64,000 nucleotides of DNA from Longimicrobiales bacterium (GTDB taxonomy: Bacteria > Gemmatimonadota > Gemmatimonadetes > Longimicrobiales > Gaopeijiaceae), in the NCBI GenBank assembly GCA_965116905.1, contig OZ220732.1, positions 4,064,001-4,128,000 on the forward strand, written 5' to 3'. Every line of letters begins with the position of its first letter. Within the stretch, counting starts at the first letter, position 1. The notes beneath the pieces were generated by a model that was not told the DNA's origin, did not search any database, and saw only the letters and a list, made by a program, of their open reading frames with translations. A program made the translations under genes and the position numbers. Of this stretch, positions 41,794 through 51,840 are shown piece by piece.

Positions 41794-42678
41794 TCAGTTG
41801 ACGGTCCGGGCGACGCGGAACCCCAACGCGAAGTTTCGGAAGTCTGCCGCCGATCCACGACGGTAGGCCGAACGCAGTTCGGTCGGATCGTGTAGCCATG
41901 AACCGCCACGCGTGATACGACGAGTACAATCTCCTCTGTACCACGAACTGCCGTCTGTCGGAGCACCCTCATAACTCCCGTTGGCGCAGTCATCGACCCA
42001 CTCCCGCACGTTGCCCAGGATATCGAAAACTCCAAACCCGTTAGGCCGGTAAGAACCTACAGGTGCGGAGTTTGGCTGCCGGTCACGACAACCAACCATG
42101 TCCCTGCCGAAACCGTGCTCGGCGTGTCCATTGGCATCGTATCCGTTGGCAAATTGACACTGCTCCCGATCCGTTTCTCCCCAGTATCGTGCCGTGCGAG
42201 TCCCCGCCCGCGCCACGTATTCCCACTCCGCCTCGCTTAGTAGCCGGTACTCCTCTCCCGTTTGTTCCGACAACCAGTCGGCATACAGCCACGCATCCTC
42301 CCAATTCACCCACACCACGGGCCGTCTACCTCTGCCCCAGCCCTGGTCATGCGGTTCGCGTCCGCCGCAGCCACCCCCTCGAACACACGCATCCCATTCG
42401 TCAAATGTGACTTCGTAGACTCCCACGGCGAACGCATAGTCGATAGTGACTTCGTGTTGCGGCCCTTCGTCGAAGTCGCGTCCTTCCTCCGTTTCCGGCG
42501 AGCCCATTGTGAAGGTGCCCGCCGGCACCACAATCATTCCCGGGCACACGTCGCAGTCGCGGAAGACCTCACCGACTTCCTGCGCCCCGGCAGGGGCGGC
42601 GAAGAGTACCAATGCGGCCAGTGCCACGACGCGGGTATTTACCGCAGGCTCCTGGCAACGCCTGAAGTCGGCGATCAT
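41794..42678 (-). CDS. Secreted FGE-sulfatase (SUMF1/CLec-fold) domain protein 1
   Basis: FRDCDVCP, GVYEVT, RLLSEAEWEYVARAG, GNVREW, RGGSW, GFRVARTVN. Confidence 0.92.
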   Translation of the reverse strand: MIADFRRCQEPAVNTRVVALAALVLFAAPAGAQEVGEVFRDCDVCPGMIVVPAGTFTMGSPETEEGRDFDEGPQHEVTIDYAFAVGVYEVTFDEWDACVRGGGCGGREPHDQGWGRGRRPVVWVNWEDAWLYADWLSEQTGEEYRLLSEAEWEYVARAGTRTARYWGETDREQCQFANGYDANGHAEHGFGRDMVGCRDRQPNSAPVGSYRPNGFGVFDILGNVREWVDDCANGSYEGAPTDGSSWYRGDCTRRITRGGSWLHDPTELRSAYRRGSAADFRNFALGFRVARTVN

Positions 42679-43490
42679 CGGACGCTCCGTGCAACACGGA
42701 AGCCGTAGTACTGGTGCCCTATAGTCGGATACCAGTTGCCACGGTGAGCCGAACGGAGTTTCGCCGGATCGTTGGCCGCGGATCCGCCCCGCAACACTCG
42801 ATAGGAGCAGTCGGATTCGGGTGGCGCAGCACTCCCGTCGTTCGGGGCATTCGAATAGCTGTCGTGCCAGCAGTCCTCAACCCACTCCCACACGTTGCCG
42901 AGCATGTCGTACAACCCAAAGGCGTTCGGGCGGAGTGACCCTACCGGCGCGGTATTCGCGTAGCCACCCGAACACGAAACGTCATCGTCATTCCCGTTCG
43001 CATGCGTGCACTGCTCCGCTTCACTGTCCCCCCAGTAGCGAGCGGTCTGCGTCCCCGCACGCGCCACATACTCCCACTCCGCCTCGGTCAACAGCCGATA
43101 CTCCTGGCGAGTCGCTCCAGAGAGCCAAGTCACGTATGCCTGAGCATCGTCCCAGCTCACATTGACGACCGGACGGTTCGCACGGCCCCACCCTTCATCC
43201 TCGGGAATCGCACCACCACAGCCCCCGTCCCACGCGCATGCATCCCACTCCTCGAACGTTATCTCGTAGACTCCCACCGCGAACGACTCGATCGACACGA
43301 CCCGGCGAGGACCCTCGTCGTCGCCCCTATCTTCCTCCATCTCCGGCGAGCCCATGATGAATCGGCCCGCGGGCACCACGACCATTCGCGGGCACACTTC
43401 GCAGTCCTGAAAAACCTCGTTGACTTCCTGCGCTTCCGCAGGGACAACCAGGAGTGCCAAAGAGGCTTGGGCCAAAATGCGAGCGATCAT
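42675..43490 (-). CDS. Secreted FGE-sulfatase domain protein 2
   Basis: Same motifs; ends GFRVARSVR. Confidence 0.92.
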   Translation of the reverse strand: MIARILAQASLALLVVPAEAQEVNEVFQDCEVCPRMVVVPAGRFIMGSPEMEEDRGDDEGPRRVVSIESFAVGVYEITFEEWDACAWDGGCGGAIPEDEGWGRANRPVVNVSWDDAQAYVTWLSGATRQEYRLLTEAEWEYVARAGTQTARYWGDSEAEQCTHANGNDDDVSCSGGYANTAPVGSLRPNAFGLYDMLGNVWEWVEDCWHDSYSNAPNDGSAAPPESDCSYRVLRGGSAANDPAKLRSAHRGNWYPTIGHQYYGFRVARSVR

Positions 43491-43642
43491 CGGGAGTTCT
43501 TGGCAACGCGAAAACCCTGATCGCCGTTTTGGAAATCGCCTGGGTAGTCATAGCGTTCCGCTGAGCGGACTTCATTCGGAGCGTGGCGCCACTTGCTGCC
43601 ACGCCTAACGCGACGTGCGCAGTCTCCCATGTAGCGGCCCAT
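43487..43642 (-). pseudogene. Orphan FGE-domain C-terminal tail
   Basis: GDCARRVRRGSKWRHAPNEVRSAER..GFRVAKNSR*; stop overlaps the ATG of the next gene. Confidence 0.85.
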
Positions 43643-43659
43643 GCTGGTGTGGTGAGAGG

Positions 43660-45939
43660 CTATGTTGCCCTCCGGCGGTTCACGAGATGCGACACCACTC
43701 CGACCATAGCCGCTATCAACAAGGCCGCAAAGAGATGGTCAACAAACCATTTCCAGAACCGCGCCCACCAACTCATCATGTCTGAGCAGAGATTGCGCCG
43801 GATCTCTTTCCGAACCTTCGTTTCATCTGTCGCGCCCTGGCCGTGAATCACTAGTGCCGAGATCACAGTTTCTTCACGCTCCGGCCGCACATGATACGGC
43901 CGACAACCATTGTTGTCTTCTGCCTTCGACGCGCCCCCATCCAGACGCAAGAGCGTCAGGATCACGTCTTCGTCGCTCACCTTCATCGCGTGATGCAAGG
44001 GGATCCTTCCGGACAAATCTTCTTCCCTACTATCGAACCCTAGCTCGGTGCAAATCTTCACGGAAGTGGATGTAGCCTGCTTGAAGAATGCTTCGCTCGT
44101 CCACATTGGCACTGTCGTGCAGCGAAACCTAGCGCGCAGGGAAGCGCTCAGACTATCGTTGCCAGTCAAAGGTCCTTCACCATTTCCATTCTCAAATCTC
44201 AGCGAAGCGCCGGCTTCGACCAGAGCTTGAACCATATTCAAATGGCCGGCACGGAATGCAATGTGCAGAGGCGTGTCACCATCGGCATTGGTGGCATCGA
44301 CTGATACGTCGGTCTTCAGAAGGGAGCGGAGAGAGGCAAGGTTCCCTTCTTGAGCTGCTTCATGCAACGGATGCCGGGAAGATGCCCGACGAACTATGAT
44401 TCGGTAAGACCCGATGGCCTCTGTTGATGCCGAGTTGGCTAAGACAGTGTAGGACCCCGCTTCGGGCGCCCTGAAGGCAACCCTTGCATCCAGTCCACCC
44501 CCTCCGTCATCGTCGGACGCGATGGGTGTCCCGTTTCTCAGAACTACGAGGAAGGGATCGAAGTCAGACGATGTCATCTCTACTACTATGCTGTCGCCTT
44601 CCAAAGCGTTGTAGATCCAAGTGTCATATGGGGTTCCGTCAAGAGAGAGTTGCGCGTCACTTGGCGTCAGTTCACCCACTCCTGCACCGTCTGCTCGGAG
44701 CTCCGTCGGGAACCTGAGAGAAAGCACATAGTCACCTGTTTCCTCAGGATCTGCACTCGTCGCAGTGACCGTATAGCTGCCTGGTAACAGCGCGACTTGT
44801 AGCCAAGAATTCAAGGTCAGGCCTGGCCCCCCATCGTCGTCACTTGCGATTTCCACCGTGCTTCCCCGCAGACCCCGGGACAGTACCAGGTACGAGTCGA
44901 TCTCCTCGGAAGTCATCTCGATGATTACCATTCCGGAGTCGGCAATCTCGAACACCCATTCATCGAAATAGGAGCCGCGTGGCATGCGCGGGTCGTCAGC
45001 ACTCAAAGATCCACTATTGGGTTCGACGGGGCGAAGAGTGGACGGCGTTGATGACTCTACCGACCCGTCGCCATGTTGAACCGTCACTGTGATTCCATAA
45101 GACCCAGCGGCTTCTGTTGATACCGCGTTGGCCAAGATAGTGTAGGATCCCACTACAGGCGCCCTGAAGGCAACCCTTGCATCCAGTCCACCCCCTCCGT
45201 CATCGTCGGACGCGATGGGTGTCCCGTTTCTCAGAACTACGAGGAAGGGATCGAAGTCAGACGATGTCATCTCTACTACCATGCTGTCGCCTTCCAAAGC
45301 GTTGTAGATCCAAGTGTCATATGGGGTTCCGTCAAGAGAGAGTTGCGCGTCACTTGGCGTCAGTTCACCCACTCCTGCACCGTCTGCTCGGAGCTCCGTC
45401 GGGAACCTGAGAGAAAGCACATAGTCACCTGTTTCCTCAGGATCTGCACTCGTCGCAGTGACCGTATAGCTGCCTGGTAACAGCGCGACTTGTAGCCAAG
45501 AATTCAAGGTCAGGCCTGGCCCCCCATCGTCGTCACTTGCGATTTCCACCGTGCTTCCCCGCAGACCCCGGGACAGTACCAGGTACGAGTCGATCTCCTC
45601 GGAAGTCATCTCGATGATTACCATTCCGGAGTCGGCAATCTCGAACACCCATTCATCGAAATAGGAGCCGCGTGGCATGCGCGGGTCGTCAGCACTCAAA
45701 GATCCACTATTGGGTTCGACGGGGCGAATCTCGGACTGCGCAGCAACAGACGGTGAGCCGAGGGAGCTTGCCGAGGTCAGGACGATTGCCCACAGGAACT
45801 GCCACTGAAGTGAGCAACAGCTCAGGTGTGGTGGCAGGATGAGGCTCTTGTAACACGATCCAAATCGCTGTTCGCGGATTTTCTTCACCAACCGATCCCT
45901 TCGGCCCAACAAGGAGGATTCCCTGTCCCTTCCATCCAT
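43660..45939 (-). CDS. Membrane-anchored protein with 4 PPC-like domains and ankyrin repeats (start uncertain)
   Basis: Repeated D.YL/DPFL..ASDDDGG..G.Y.V modules, GDTPLHIA ankyrin, C-terminal TM + RRR; visibly lower GC. Confidence 0.8.
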   Translation of the reverse strand: MDGRDRESSLLGRRDRLVKKIREQRFGSCYKSLILPPHLSCCSLQWQFLWAIVLTSASSLGSPSVAAQSEIRPVEPNSGSLSADDPRMPRGSYFDEWVFEIADSGMVIIEMTSEEIDSYLVLSRGLRGSTVEIASDDDGGPGLTLNSWLQVALLPGSYTVTATSADPEETGDYVLSLRFPTELRADGAGVGELTPSDAQLSLDGTPYDTWIYNALEGDSMVVEMTSSDFDPFLVVLRNGTPIASDDDGGGGLDARVAFRAPVVGSYTILANAVSTEAAGSYGITVTVQHGDGSVESSTPSTLRPVEPNSGSLSADDPRMPRGSYFDEWVFEIADSGMVIIEMTSEEIDSYLVLSRGLRGSTVEIASDDDGGPGLTLNSWLQVALLPGSYTVTATSADPEETGDYVLSLRFPTELRADGAGVGELTPSDAQLSLDGTPYDTWIYNALEGDSIVVEMTSSDFDPFLVVLRNGTPIASDDDGGGGLDARVAFRAPEAGSYTVLANSASTEAIGSYRIIVRRASSRHPLHEAAQEGNLASLRSLLKTDVSVDATNADGDTPLHIAFRAGHLNMVQALVEAGASLRFENGNGEGPLTGNDSLSASLRARFRCTTVPMWTSEAFFKQATSTSVKICTELGFDSREEDLSGRIPLHHAMKVSDEDVILTLLRLDGGASKAEDNNGCRPYHVRPEREETVISALVIHGQGATDETKVRKEIRRNLCSDMMSWWARFWKWFVDHLFAALLIAAMVGVVSHLVNRRRAT
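44465..45728. repeat. Intragenic direct repeat of 571 bp (44465-45035 vs 45158-45728), period 693
   Basis: Only one difference seen (GDSM vs GDSI). Confidence 0.92.
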
Positions 45940-46148
45940 AGTATGGCTCACTCGGTTGCGCACAGTATCGCTCGCTCGGTCGAGCATCAGTTTCACGAAA
46001 GGCTTCGAATTGCGAGCCTGTGGTCGCCGTCGTTCTAAGTTCCATGGCATACGCCGGTCAAGTTGGGGGGCTCTACCCGAGCGCACAACCGTGTCGTTGC
46101 GGCCGTCTTCGTGCAAGTCTTTCCCGATGGTGTTTCGCTGGCCGTTGT

Positions 46149-46394
46149 TCATAGTACCCTCTTCACCGTAGTGGAACGTTGACAAAAGATGGTTGGGCTG
46201 GTCTTCTGACTCACGACACTGTGGAGTACCCAGGGGCTCCACGCCTCCAGCCGACGCTCTTCGATGCATCGCCGAAACCGCAGAATGTCGCCCCAGCCGT
46301 CACGGCCGATCAAGCGATCTTGGGCAGCTACCGAACGCGCGACGGCCAAGGCCGTCCCCGCCAAGGCAGCCAGCACTTCGGCGCGCGCAGTCAT
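46149..46394 (-). pseudogene. Truncated N-terminus of a secreted, probably ankyrin-type gene
   Basis: MTARAEVLAALAGTALAVARSVAAQ signal peptide; WVLHSVVSQKTSPTI resembles PLHHAAENTTNPLV in the 50943 ankyrin protein. Confidence 0.6.
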
Positions 46395-47251
46395 CGTACG
46401 CCCCGGGCAACACGAAACCCGATCCGAGGATGCTTCTCGCGCAATGGCCAAGTGCGAACAGCCGAGCGGAGTCTCCCCGGCGCATTGCCCCAGGAGCCGC
46501 CGCGAATCACACGACTAGAGCACTCGCCGGACTCGGATTCCCTGACGCTCCCGTCGTTCGGGGCGGCCGCATAGTCCTCTATCCAACAGTCCGCCGTCCA
46601 TTCCCAGACGTTGCCCAGGACGTCATGCAGCCCGAACCCGTTCGGTTGAAACGATCCCACCGGCGCCGCGTTCTCGTAGCCATCCGAGCACGAGAGGTCC
46701 TCGTCGTTCCCGTTGGCATATCGGCACTGATCCGCTTCACTGTCTCCCCAGTACCGGGCGGACTCGGTTCCCGCACGCGCCACGTACTCCCACTCCGCTT
46801 CCGACAAGAGGCGGTACTCGCGTCCGGTCGCTGCGGAGAGCCATGCGACGTACGCCATGGCGTCTTCCCAGTCCACGTTGATCACCGGACGGTTGGCCCG
46901 CCCCCACCCTTCGTCCTCGGGAATCGCGCCGCCACACCCCCCGGCCCACGCGCAGGCGTCCCATTCCTCGAAGGTCACCTCGTACACTCCGACCGCAAAC
47001 GACTCGATCGACACGACCCGACGAGGTCCTTCCATGTCATACAACCGGCCCTCCTCCGTCTCCGGCGAGCCCATGATGAAGCGGCCCGTCGGCACCACAA
47101 TCATCTCGGGGCAGTCGTCGCAGTCCCCGAACACCTCGCCGACCTGCTGGGCCACGGCCGATACGCCAGGAACCACCGCGCCGATCACCCACGGAAGGAA
47201 CCCGGCCGCTACCCCACACCCGAATCCGCAGAATCGCCAAGCCACCTTCAT
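46391..47251 (-). CDS. Secreted FGE-sulfatase domain protein 3
   Basis: Same motifs; ends GFRVARGVR. Confidence 0.92.
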   Translation of the reverse strand: MKVAWRFCGFGCGVAAGFLPWVIGAVVPGVSAVAQQVGEVFGDCDDCPEMIVVPTGRFIMGSPETEEGRLYDMEGPRRVVSIESFAVGVYEVTFEEWDACAWAGGCGGAIPEDEGWGRANRPVINVDWEDAMAYVAWLSAATGREYRLLSEAEWEYVARAGTESARYWGDSEADQCRYANGNDEDLSCSDGYENAAPVGSFQPNGFGLHDVLGNVWEWTADCWIEDYAAAPNDGSVRESESGECSSRVIRGGSWGNAPGRLRSAVRTWPLREKHPRIGFRVARGVR

Positions 47252-47371
47252 GTACATCTCCATCTCGTCGGTATTGTATAGTCCTGACCACTCCGCGCCG
47301 CCACACCGACAAGGGCCGCTATCGCCGCACGGGTTGGTGACTCTGCCCCGGCGTTCAAGACCATAGGCGGC

Positions 47372-47623
47372 AATCATGGGAACCCAATTCGATGCCGCGC
47401 AAGCGCTTTCCTACACCGTCAACCGGCGCCGGATTGCTGACGTGTGATCGCCCGGCGGCCTGGATGACTGGAATATTGGTCGCATAAGTCACTTGTGCAT
47501 ATTATTGTCAGCATTGGGGGCCCGAACTTGGGTCACGAGCGCCCAGATCGCGGATATCTCCACCCGTTGAGCGCAAAACCCACAAGTCCCCCCCGATACA
47601 ACGAAGCGCCTCCAATTGAGCGA
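47372..47623 (-). promoter_or_regulatory. Conserved leader, copy 1, upstream of the FGE array
   Basis: Colinear with 51841-52093; core ACTTGTGCATATTAT(T/C)GTCA. Confidence 0.7.
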
Positions 47624-47628
47624 GGCCC

Positions 47629-48302
47629 GGATCGTCCGCGAGGCCGACGACCGCCAGCAGCCCACCGCCTACCCGGACTATCCGCACCCCGAGGCCGAGG
47701 GCGTCCCCCTGCATCCCACGGGCGACGGCAACTGGACCGGCACCCTCTCGCTCAACGCCGGCGACGCGGACGGTACCGGCGGCATTATGGACAATTTTGC
47801 TTTTGAGGGCGGCCAACTCGCCGCGGCGGAATGGTCGAACCACCGGCTTCTATATGCGACACCGTCGCTCCAGCAGGATGTTCACCTCTCGGGCGTGGCC
47901 ACGGTGCGCGTGCGCGTGGCCTCCGATGCAGCCGCGGCGAATCTGACCGTCTGGCTCGTCTCGCTCCCCTGGACCGACGGCGACGACATCAACGACAACG
48001 TCATCACCAAGGGCTGGGCGGATCCGGCCAACGCGGGTGCAGCGGACATCGCGGCTCCGCGGTCGGGCACCGACCTCACGCCCGGCGAGTTCGTCGAACT
48101 GGAGTTCCCGCTGCAACCGGACGACCAGGTGATCCCGGCGGGGGCGCGGATCGGGCTGATGGTGTTCTCGAGCGACAAGTACTTCACGGTGCACCCGGAG
48201 CCGGGGACGGAGCTGACGGTCGATTTGCGGGGGACGAGCGTGGAGTTGCCGGTGGTGGGGGGCGTGGAGGTGTTGAGGAGGGCGTTTAGGCCAGTGAGTT
48301 GA
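47629..48302 (+). pseudogene. pepX: Duplicated pepX 3' fragment (repeat copy 2)
   Basis: Near-identical to 35995-36668; lacks the catalytic domain. Confidence 0.92.
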
Positions 48303-48315
48303 GGGGGGAGGCAGA

Positions 48316-49447
48316 ATGACCACGTTGATCCGGCGGGCGGGCTTCCTCGGCACACGGTTTCGCCTGTCCCTGCTCGTCGTGACAGCGGCGTGCACCGATG
48401 GCCCGGATCAGGCATCCGGTCCGGGCGCCACAACGGTCCGAGACAGCGCGGGGATCCGGATCGTGACCAGTGAGGGGCCACGATGGGGCGCCGGTGAAGG
48501 GTGGACGGTCATCCCCGAGCCGGATCTGGTCATCGGTGACGAAGACCCGATGGGCGGCGGAACGGACACCCTCTTCGGATCGATTCGGGCCATGGTGGTG
48601 CTGCCGAGCGGACGCTTTGCGGTAGCGGACGAACACTCGGCTGTCATATCCGTGTTCGACCCCCATGGGCAGCTCGTCCACCGCTTTGGGGGCCATGGAG
48701 AAGGGCCCGGAGAAGTTGGCGGCGTCTGGGATCTGTACGGCTGCGCCGGGGACACGGTCATCGTGCGCTTTCGCACCGAGCTGAGCTTCTTCGACGGCGA
48801 CGGCCAGTTCATCCGCCGCATCAACTGCGCGGGTGCGGGCACGACCTGGGCGCTCGCGGCGATAGCGCCCGACTGCAGGCGCTTCGTGGCTTCGCACAGT
48901 ACCGGCGGATCGGCCCCGCCGGCAGGTCAGGAGTGGTTGCTGCCCAGCGTGCTCGTGTACACTGACGATGACTTCGTGGCCACCGACACCATCGCCCGGG
49001 AGGTGACAGGCGAGGGGTTCACGGGTTCACTGCGAGGAGAGGATGTCTTTGTGGCGCTACCCTAGACTCCGGTCGACGCCAACGTGGAACTCAGGGGCGA
49101 CCAGCTGGTTGCGGGATTCGGGCGGTGGGCGGAGTTCCGGATCCGTTCCCTTGGCGGGCACCTCGTGCAGCTGATCCGCTGGCACGCCACTCCCGAAGAG
49201 GTCACGGACGCCGACCGCGACCGCTACATGGACAAGCGCGACGAGTCCGCCTCGCGACCCTGCCCCGCCCGAGACCTGGACGGTCCTCGATTCAGCGGGT
49301 GTCTGGCTGGGGCCCGTGCACCTGCCCGACGGATTCGCCGTCCACGAGGTGGCGAACGGGCGGGTGTACGGCGTTCACACCGCGCCGCTCGGAGCCCAGA
49401 CCGTCAGGGTTCATCGGCTTGTGGACCCCCATTCGGCCAGCGGCTGA
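48316..49447 (+). pseudogene. Beta-propeller paralog of 37066-38355, inactivated
   Basis: TGG>TAG at 49063-49065 and a 173-bp deletion (equivalent to 37994-38166) near 49246. Confidence 0.88.
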
Positions 49448-49461
49448 GTTTCTTGCCAGGC

Positions 49462-50034
49462 TCAGGATGCCGGGGGTAGCTGGCCCGCCGCGCGCGGTTC
49501 GTTGAGCCTTTGTTCAAAATCCGCTATGCGTCGGTAGTTGGGGCGTGTCTGATCCTGTATCAGGCCCTTGAGGTACTCATCTTCGAACGGAAGCATGGTA
49601 GCAAGGTGACCGGCGACCATATTATTGGTAGCGGGTGGAAGCAGGTCACGGAAGTACAGGTCGCAGGCCGCTGCCGTGACGTCCGACAGCCTCTTCGCAC
49701 TGGTATGGAATTTGAATTTCCTACCCATGTCAGCCTTTTGCTCTTTTTGCTCTTGCAAGTAGCCGCGGTGCGCTTGGTCAAGCCTGTCAGCCAGCCGAAG
49801 GTATGTGTCTACATCCGTTGAACTGGTGTGTTGCTCCAGGGCTGCGAAACTGACCATCACCGCGAGCAACACAGCTATGTGCGCCAACGCCTGGAGGAGA
49901 TCCAGCATGTCGGGGCGCGCCACGCGCACTCCAAGGAGCGGTAACTGCGGCCAGATAGCCGCCACCAATCCCAACACCGCAACAACCAGTGCCACCAAGA
50001 GTATTACGGCAGCCGTCTTTGCAAATCGGGTCAT
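49462..50034 (-). CDS. Hypothetical membrane protein (2 TM + helical domain)
   Basis: AGGAGG ribosome-binding site, 190-aa ORF, lower GC. Confidence 0.7.
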   Translation of the reverse strand: MTRFAKTAAVILLVALVVAVLGLVAAIWPQLPLLGVRVARPDMLDLLQALAHIAVLLAVMVSFAALEQHTSSTDVDTYLRLADRLDQAHRGYLQEQKEQKADMGRKFKFHTSAKRLSDVTAAACDLYFRDLLPPATNNMVAGHLATMLPFEDEYLKGLIQDQTRPNYRRIADFEQRLNEPRAAGQLPPAS

Positions 50035-50103
50035 GTTGGATACCCTCCTACGTTACCAGGTGTAACCGTGAGCGGCGTGTCGCCGTCTTGATCTCGCGGG
50101 CAG

Positions 50104-50946
50104 TCATCGGACGCTCCGGGCGACCCGGAATCCGAAGTGGGGACTCCGGTTACTGGCGTCGCCCCTGAGCCGGCGGGCCGAACGGAGGTCGTTCGGACCG
50201 TCGTAGAACCCACCACCCCGCACCACACGGTAGTCACAATCGCCGGCGTACGATGAAAGTCCATTGGTGGGAGCATCGTCGTAGCTGCCATAGCAGTCAT
50301 CCACCCATTCCCACACGTTCCCCAGGGCATCGTAGAGCCCGAACCCATTCGGTCGGTAAGTGCCTACTGGTGCCGGACCCTCCTGCCTGTCCCGGCAGCC
50401 GACGCTGCTGTCGCCGTTGGCATACTCGCACTGCTCGCGCGTCCCATCCCCCCAGTACCGCGCCGTCTGAGTCCCGGCCCGCGCCACGTACTCCCACTCC
50501 GCCTCGCTCAGCAGCCGGTACTCCTCCCCGGTTCGTTGGGTGAGCCAATCCGCGTACTGCCACGCATCCTCCCAATGCACTTCGGACACAGGACGCCTGC
50601 CGCGGTCGGTCAAAACAATCGGCTCGTAACCACCGCATCCGCCCCCCTGCACACATGCGTCCCACTCATCGAACGTGACTTCATACACGCCCACGGCGAA
50701 CGAATAGCCAATGGTGACTCGCCGCTGAGGCCCTTCGCGATCCCGCCGCCCTTCCTCCGTCTCCGGCGAACCCATGATGAAGCTCCCCGCTGGTACCACG
50801 ACCACCTCAGGGCACATGTCGCAGTCCCGGAATACCTCGCCCACTTCCTGGCCCGCAGCTGACCGTGTCGGCATCAAGCACCCAATCACCGTCAGCGCGA
50901 ACAATCCTGCCAGTCCTCCCCACCGGGGCGTTCGCAATCGGCTCAT
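50104..50946 (-). CDS. Secreted FGE-sulfatase domain protein 4
   Basis: Same motifs; ends GFRVARSVR; ATG overlaps the ankyrin gene stop. Confidence 0.92.
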   Translation of the reverse strand: MSRLRTPRWGGLAGLFALTVIGCLMPTRSAAGQEVGEVFRDCDMCPEVVVVPAGSFIMGSPETEEGRRDREGPQRRVTIGYSFAVGVYEVTFDEWDACVQGGGCGGYEPIVLTDRGRRPVSEVHWEDAWQYADWLTQRTGEEYRLLSEAEWEYVARAGTQTARYWGDGTREQCEYANGDSSVGCRDRQEGPAPVGTYRPNGFGLYDALGNVWEWVDDCYGSYDDAPTNGLSSYAGDCDYRVVRGGGFYDGPNDLRSARRLRGDASNRSPHFGFRVARSVR

Positions 50947-51755
50947 GGCTCCCTGGCCCCCGCTTCCCGAAGCATGCGCACGATGGTGTCTCGCTCGGAT
51001 CCGTAGCACGACTCGGCGACCTCGAGCGGCGTCTGATCGAGACCCCTCGTCGCGTTCGGGTCCGCTCCATACTCCAGCAGCACGCGCACGAGAGGCTGTC
51101 TGCACCTGTCGATGGCGACGTGTAGCGGCGTCCCAAGAGTGGTCTTCGCGTTCGGATCGGCGCCGACTGCGAGCAGAGCTTCCAGCACCAGCGGATTCGT
51201 TGTGTTCTCAGCTGCATGGTGCAACGGAGTCACCAGTCCCCAGGATCCACTGGGATCGGCACCCGCGTCGAGGAGCAGTTCGACCAGTGCGATGCTGTTG
51301 GGCTGATTGCCCAGGACGTGGTAGAGCGGCGTGTAGCCGAAGCGATCCGGGCCCAGGTCCGCGTTTGCGTAGAGCAGTGCAGCCACCACACCGTGAACGA
51401 CTGTCGCGTTGTCCGTGCGCTGAACCGCCCAGAATAGCGGGCTCTCCACCCCCCCGATGGGGTTCGGGTTCGCCCCGGCCCTCAGCAGCATCTGAACCAC
51501 GGCGGGGGAGCGCGTCCACTCGGCCGCATGTCTCAGGATTCCCTGTGCATTCGGATCGGCGCCGGCTTCAAGACACTCGGCGATGTGGACGGGTCTCGCC
51601 TCGTTCCACCAGGTCTCCAGGAACCGCGTGTCCCGCCTCCACGGATTGGACCCATTGGGGTCGCACACGGGATTGTCCGGGCTCTGCGCGGCGGCGGGTG
51701 CAGCGGTCAGGGCCGCAAGTGCCAGGGTGGCTAGAGCTGCGGCGCGGACGATCAC
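50943..51755 (-). CDS. Secreted ankyrin repeat protein
   Basis: Signal peptide ending AAA-Q, repeated TPLH..LL.AGADPN; GTG start at 51755. Confidence 0.9.
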   Translation of the reverse strand: MIVRAAALATLALAALTAAPAAAQSPDNPVCDPNGSNPWRRDTRFLETWWNEARPVHIAECLEAGADPNAQGILRHAAEWTRSPAVVQMLLRAGANPNPIGGVESPLFWAVQRTDNATVVHGVVAALLYANADLGPDRFGYTPLYHVLGNQPNSIALVELLLDAGADPSGSWGLVTPLHHAAENTTNPLVLEALLAVGADPNAKTTLGTPLHVAIDRCRQPLVRVLLEYGADPNATRGLDQTPLEVAESCYGSERDTIVRMLREAGAREP

Positions 51756-51835
51756 GGGATGCTGCGGGCGACGCGGAAGTCGATTGAAGCCCATTGCTGT
51801 TCGGCCCTCCAGTCGCAATGGTAGCGGATGTGTTT
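51752..51835 (-). pseudogene. Orphan FGE-like tail
   Basis: IRYHCDWRAEQQWASIDFRVARSIP*; stop overlaps the ankyrin GTG. Confidence 0.65.
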
Positions 51836-51840
51836 CGAGC

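Noticed and set aside
47478..47512. dif/Xer site (CGCATAA..TTAT)
   Set aside because: Spacing and the XerD arm do not match, and the second leader copy lacks CGCATAA
26433..50946. Ergothioneine pathway (methyltransferase, PLP lyase, FGE domains)
   Set aside because: The genes are unlinked, the FGE proteins lack the DinB domain of EgtB and are secreted, and the methyltransferase is LCM-type
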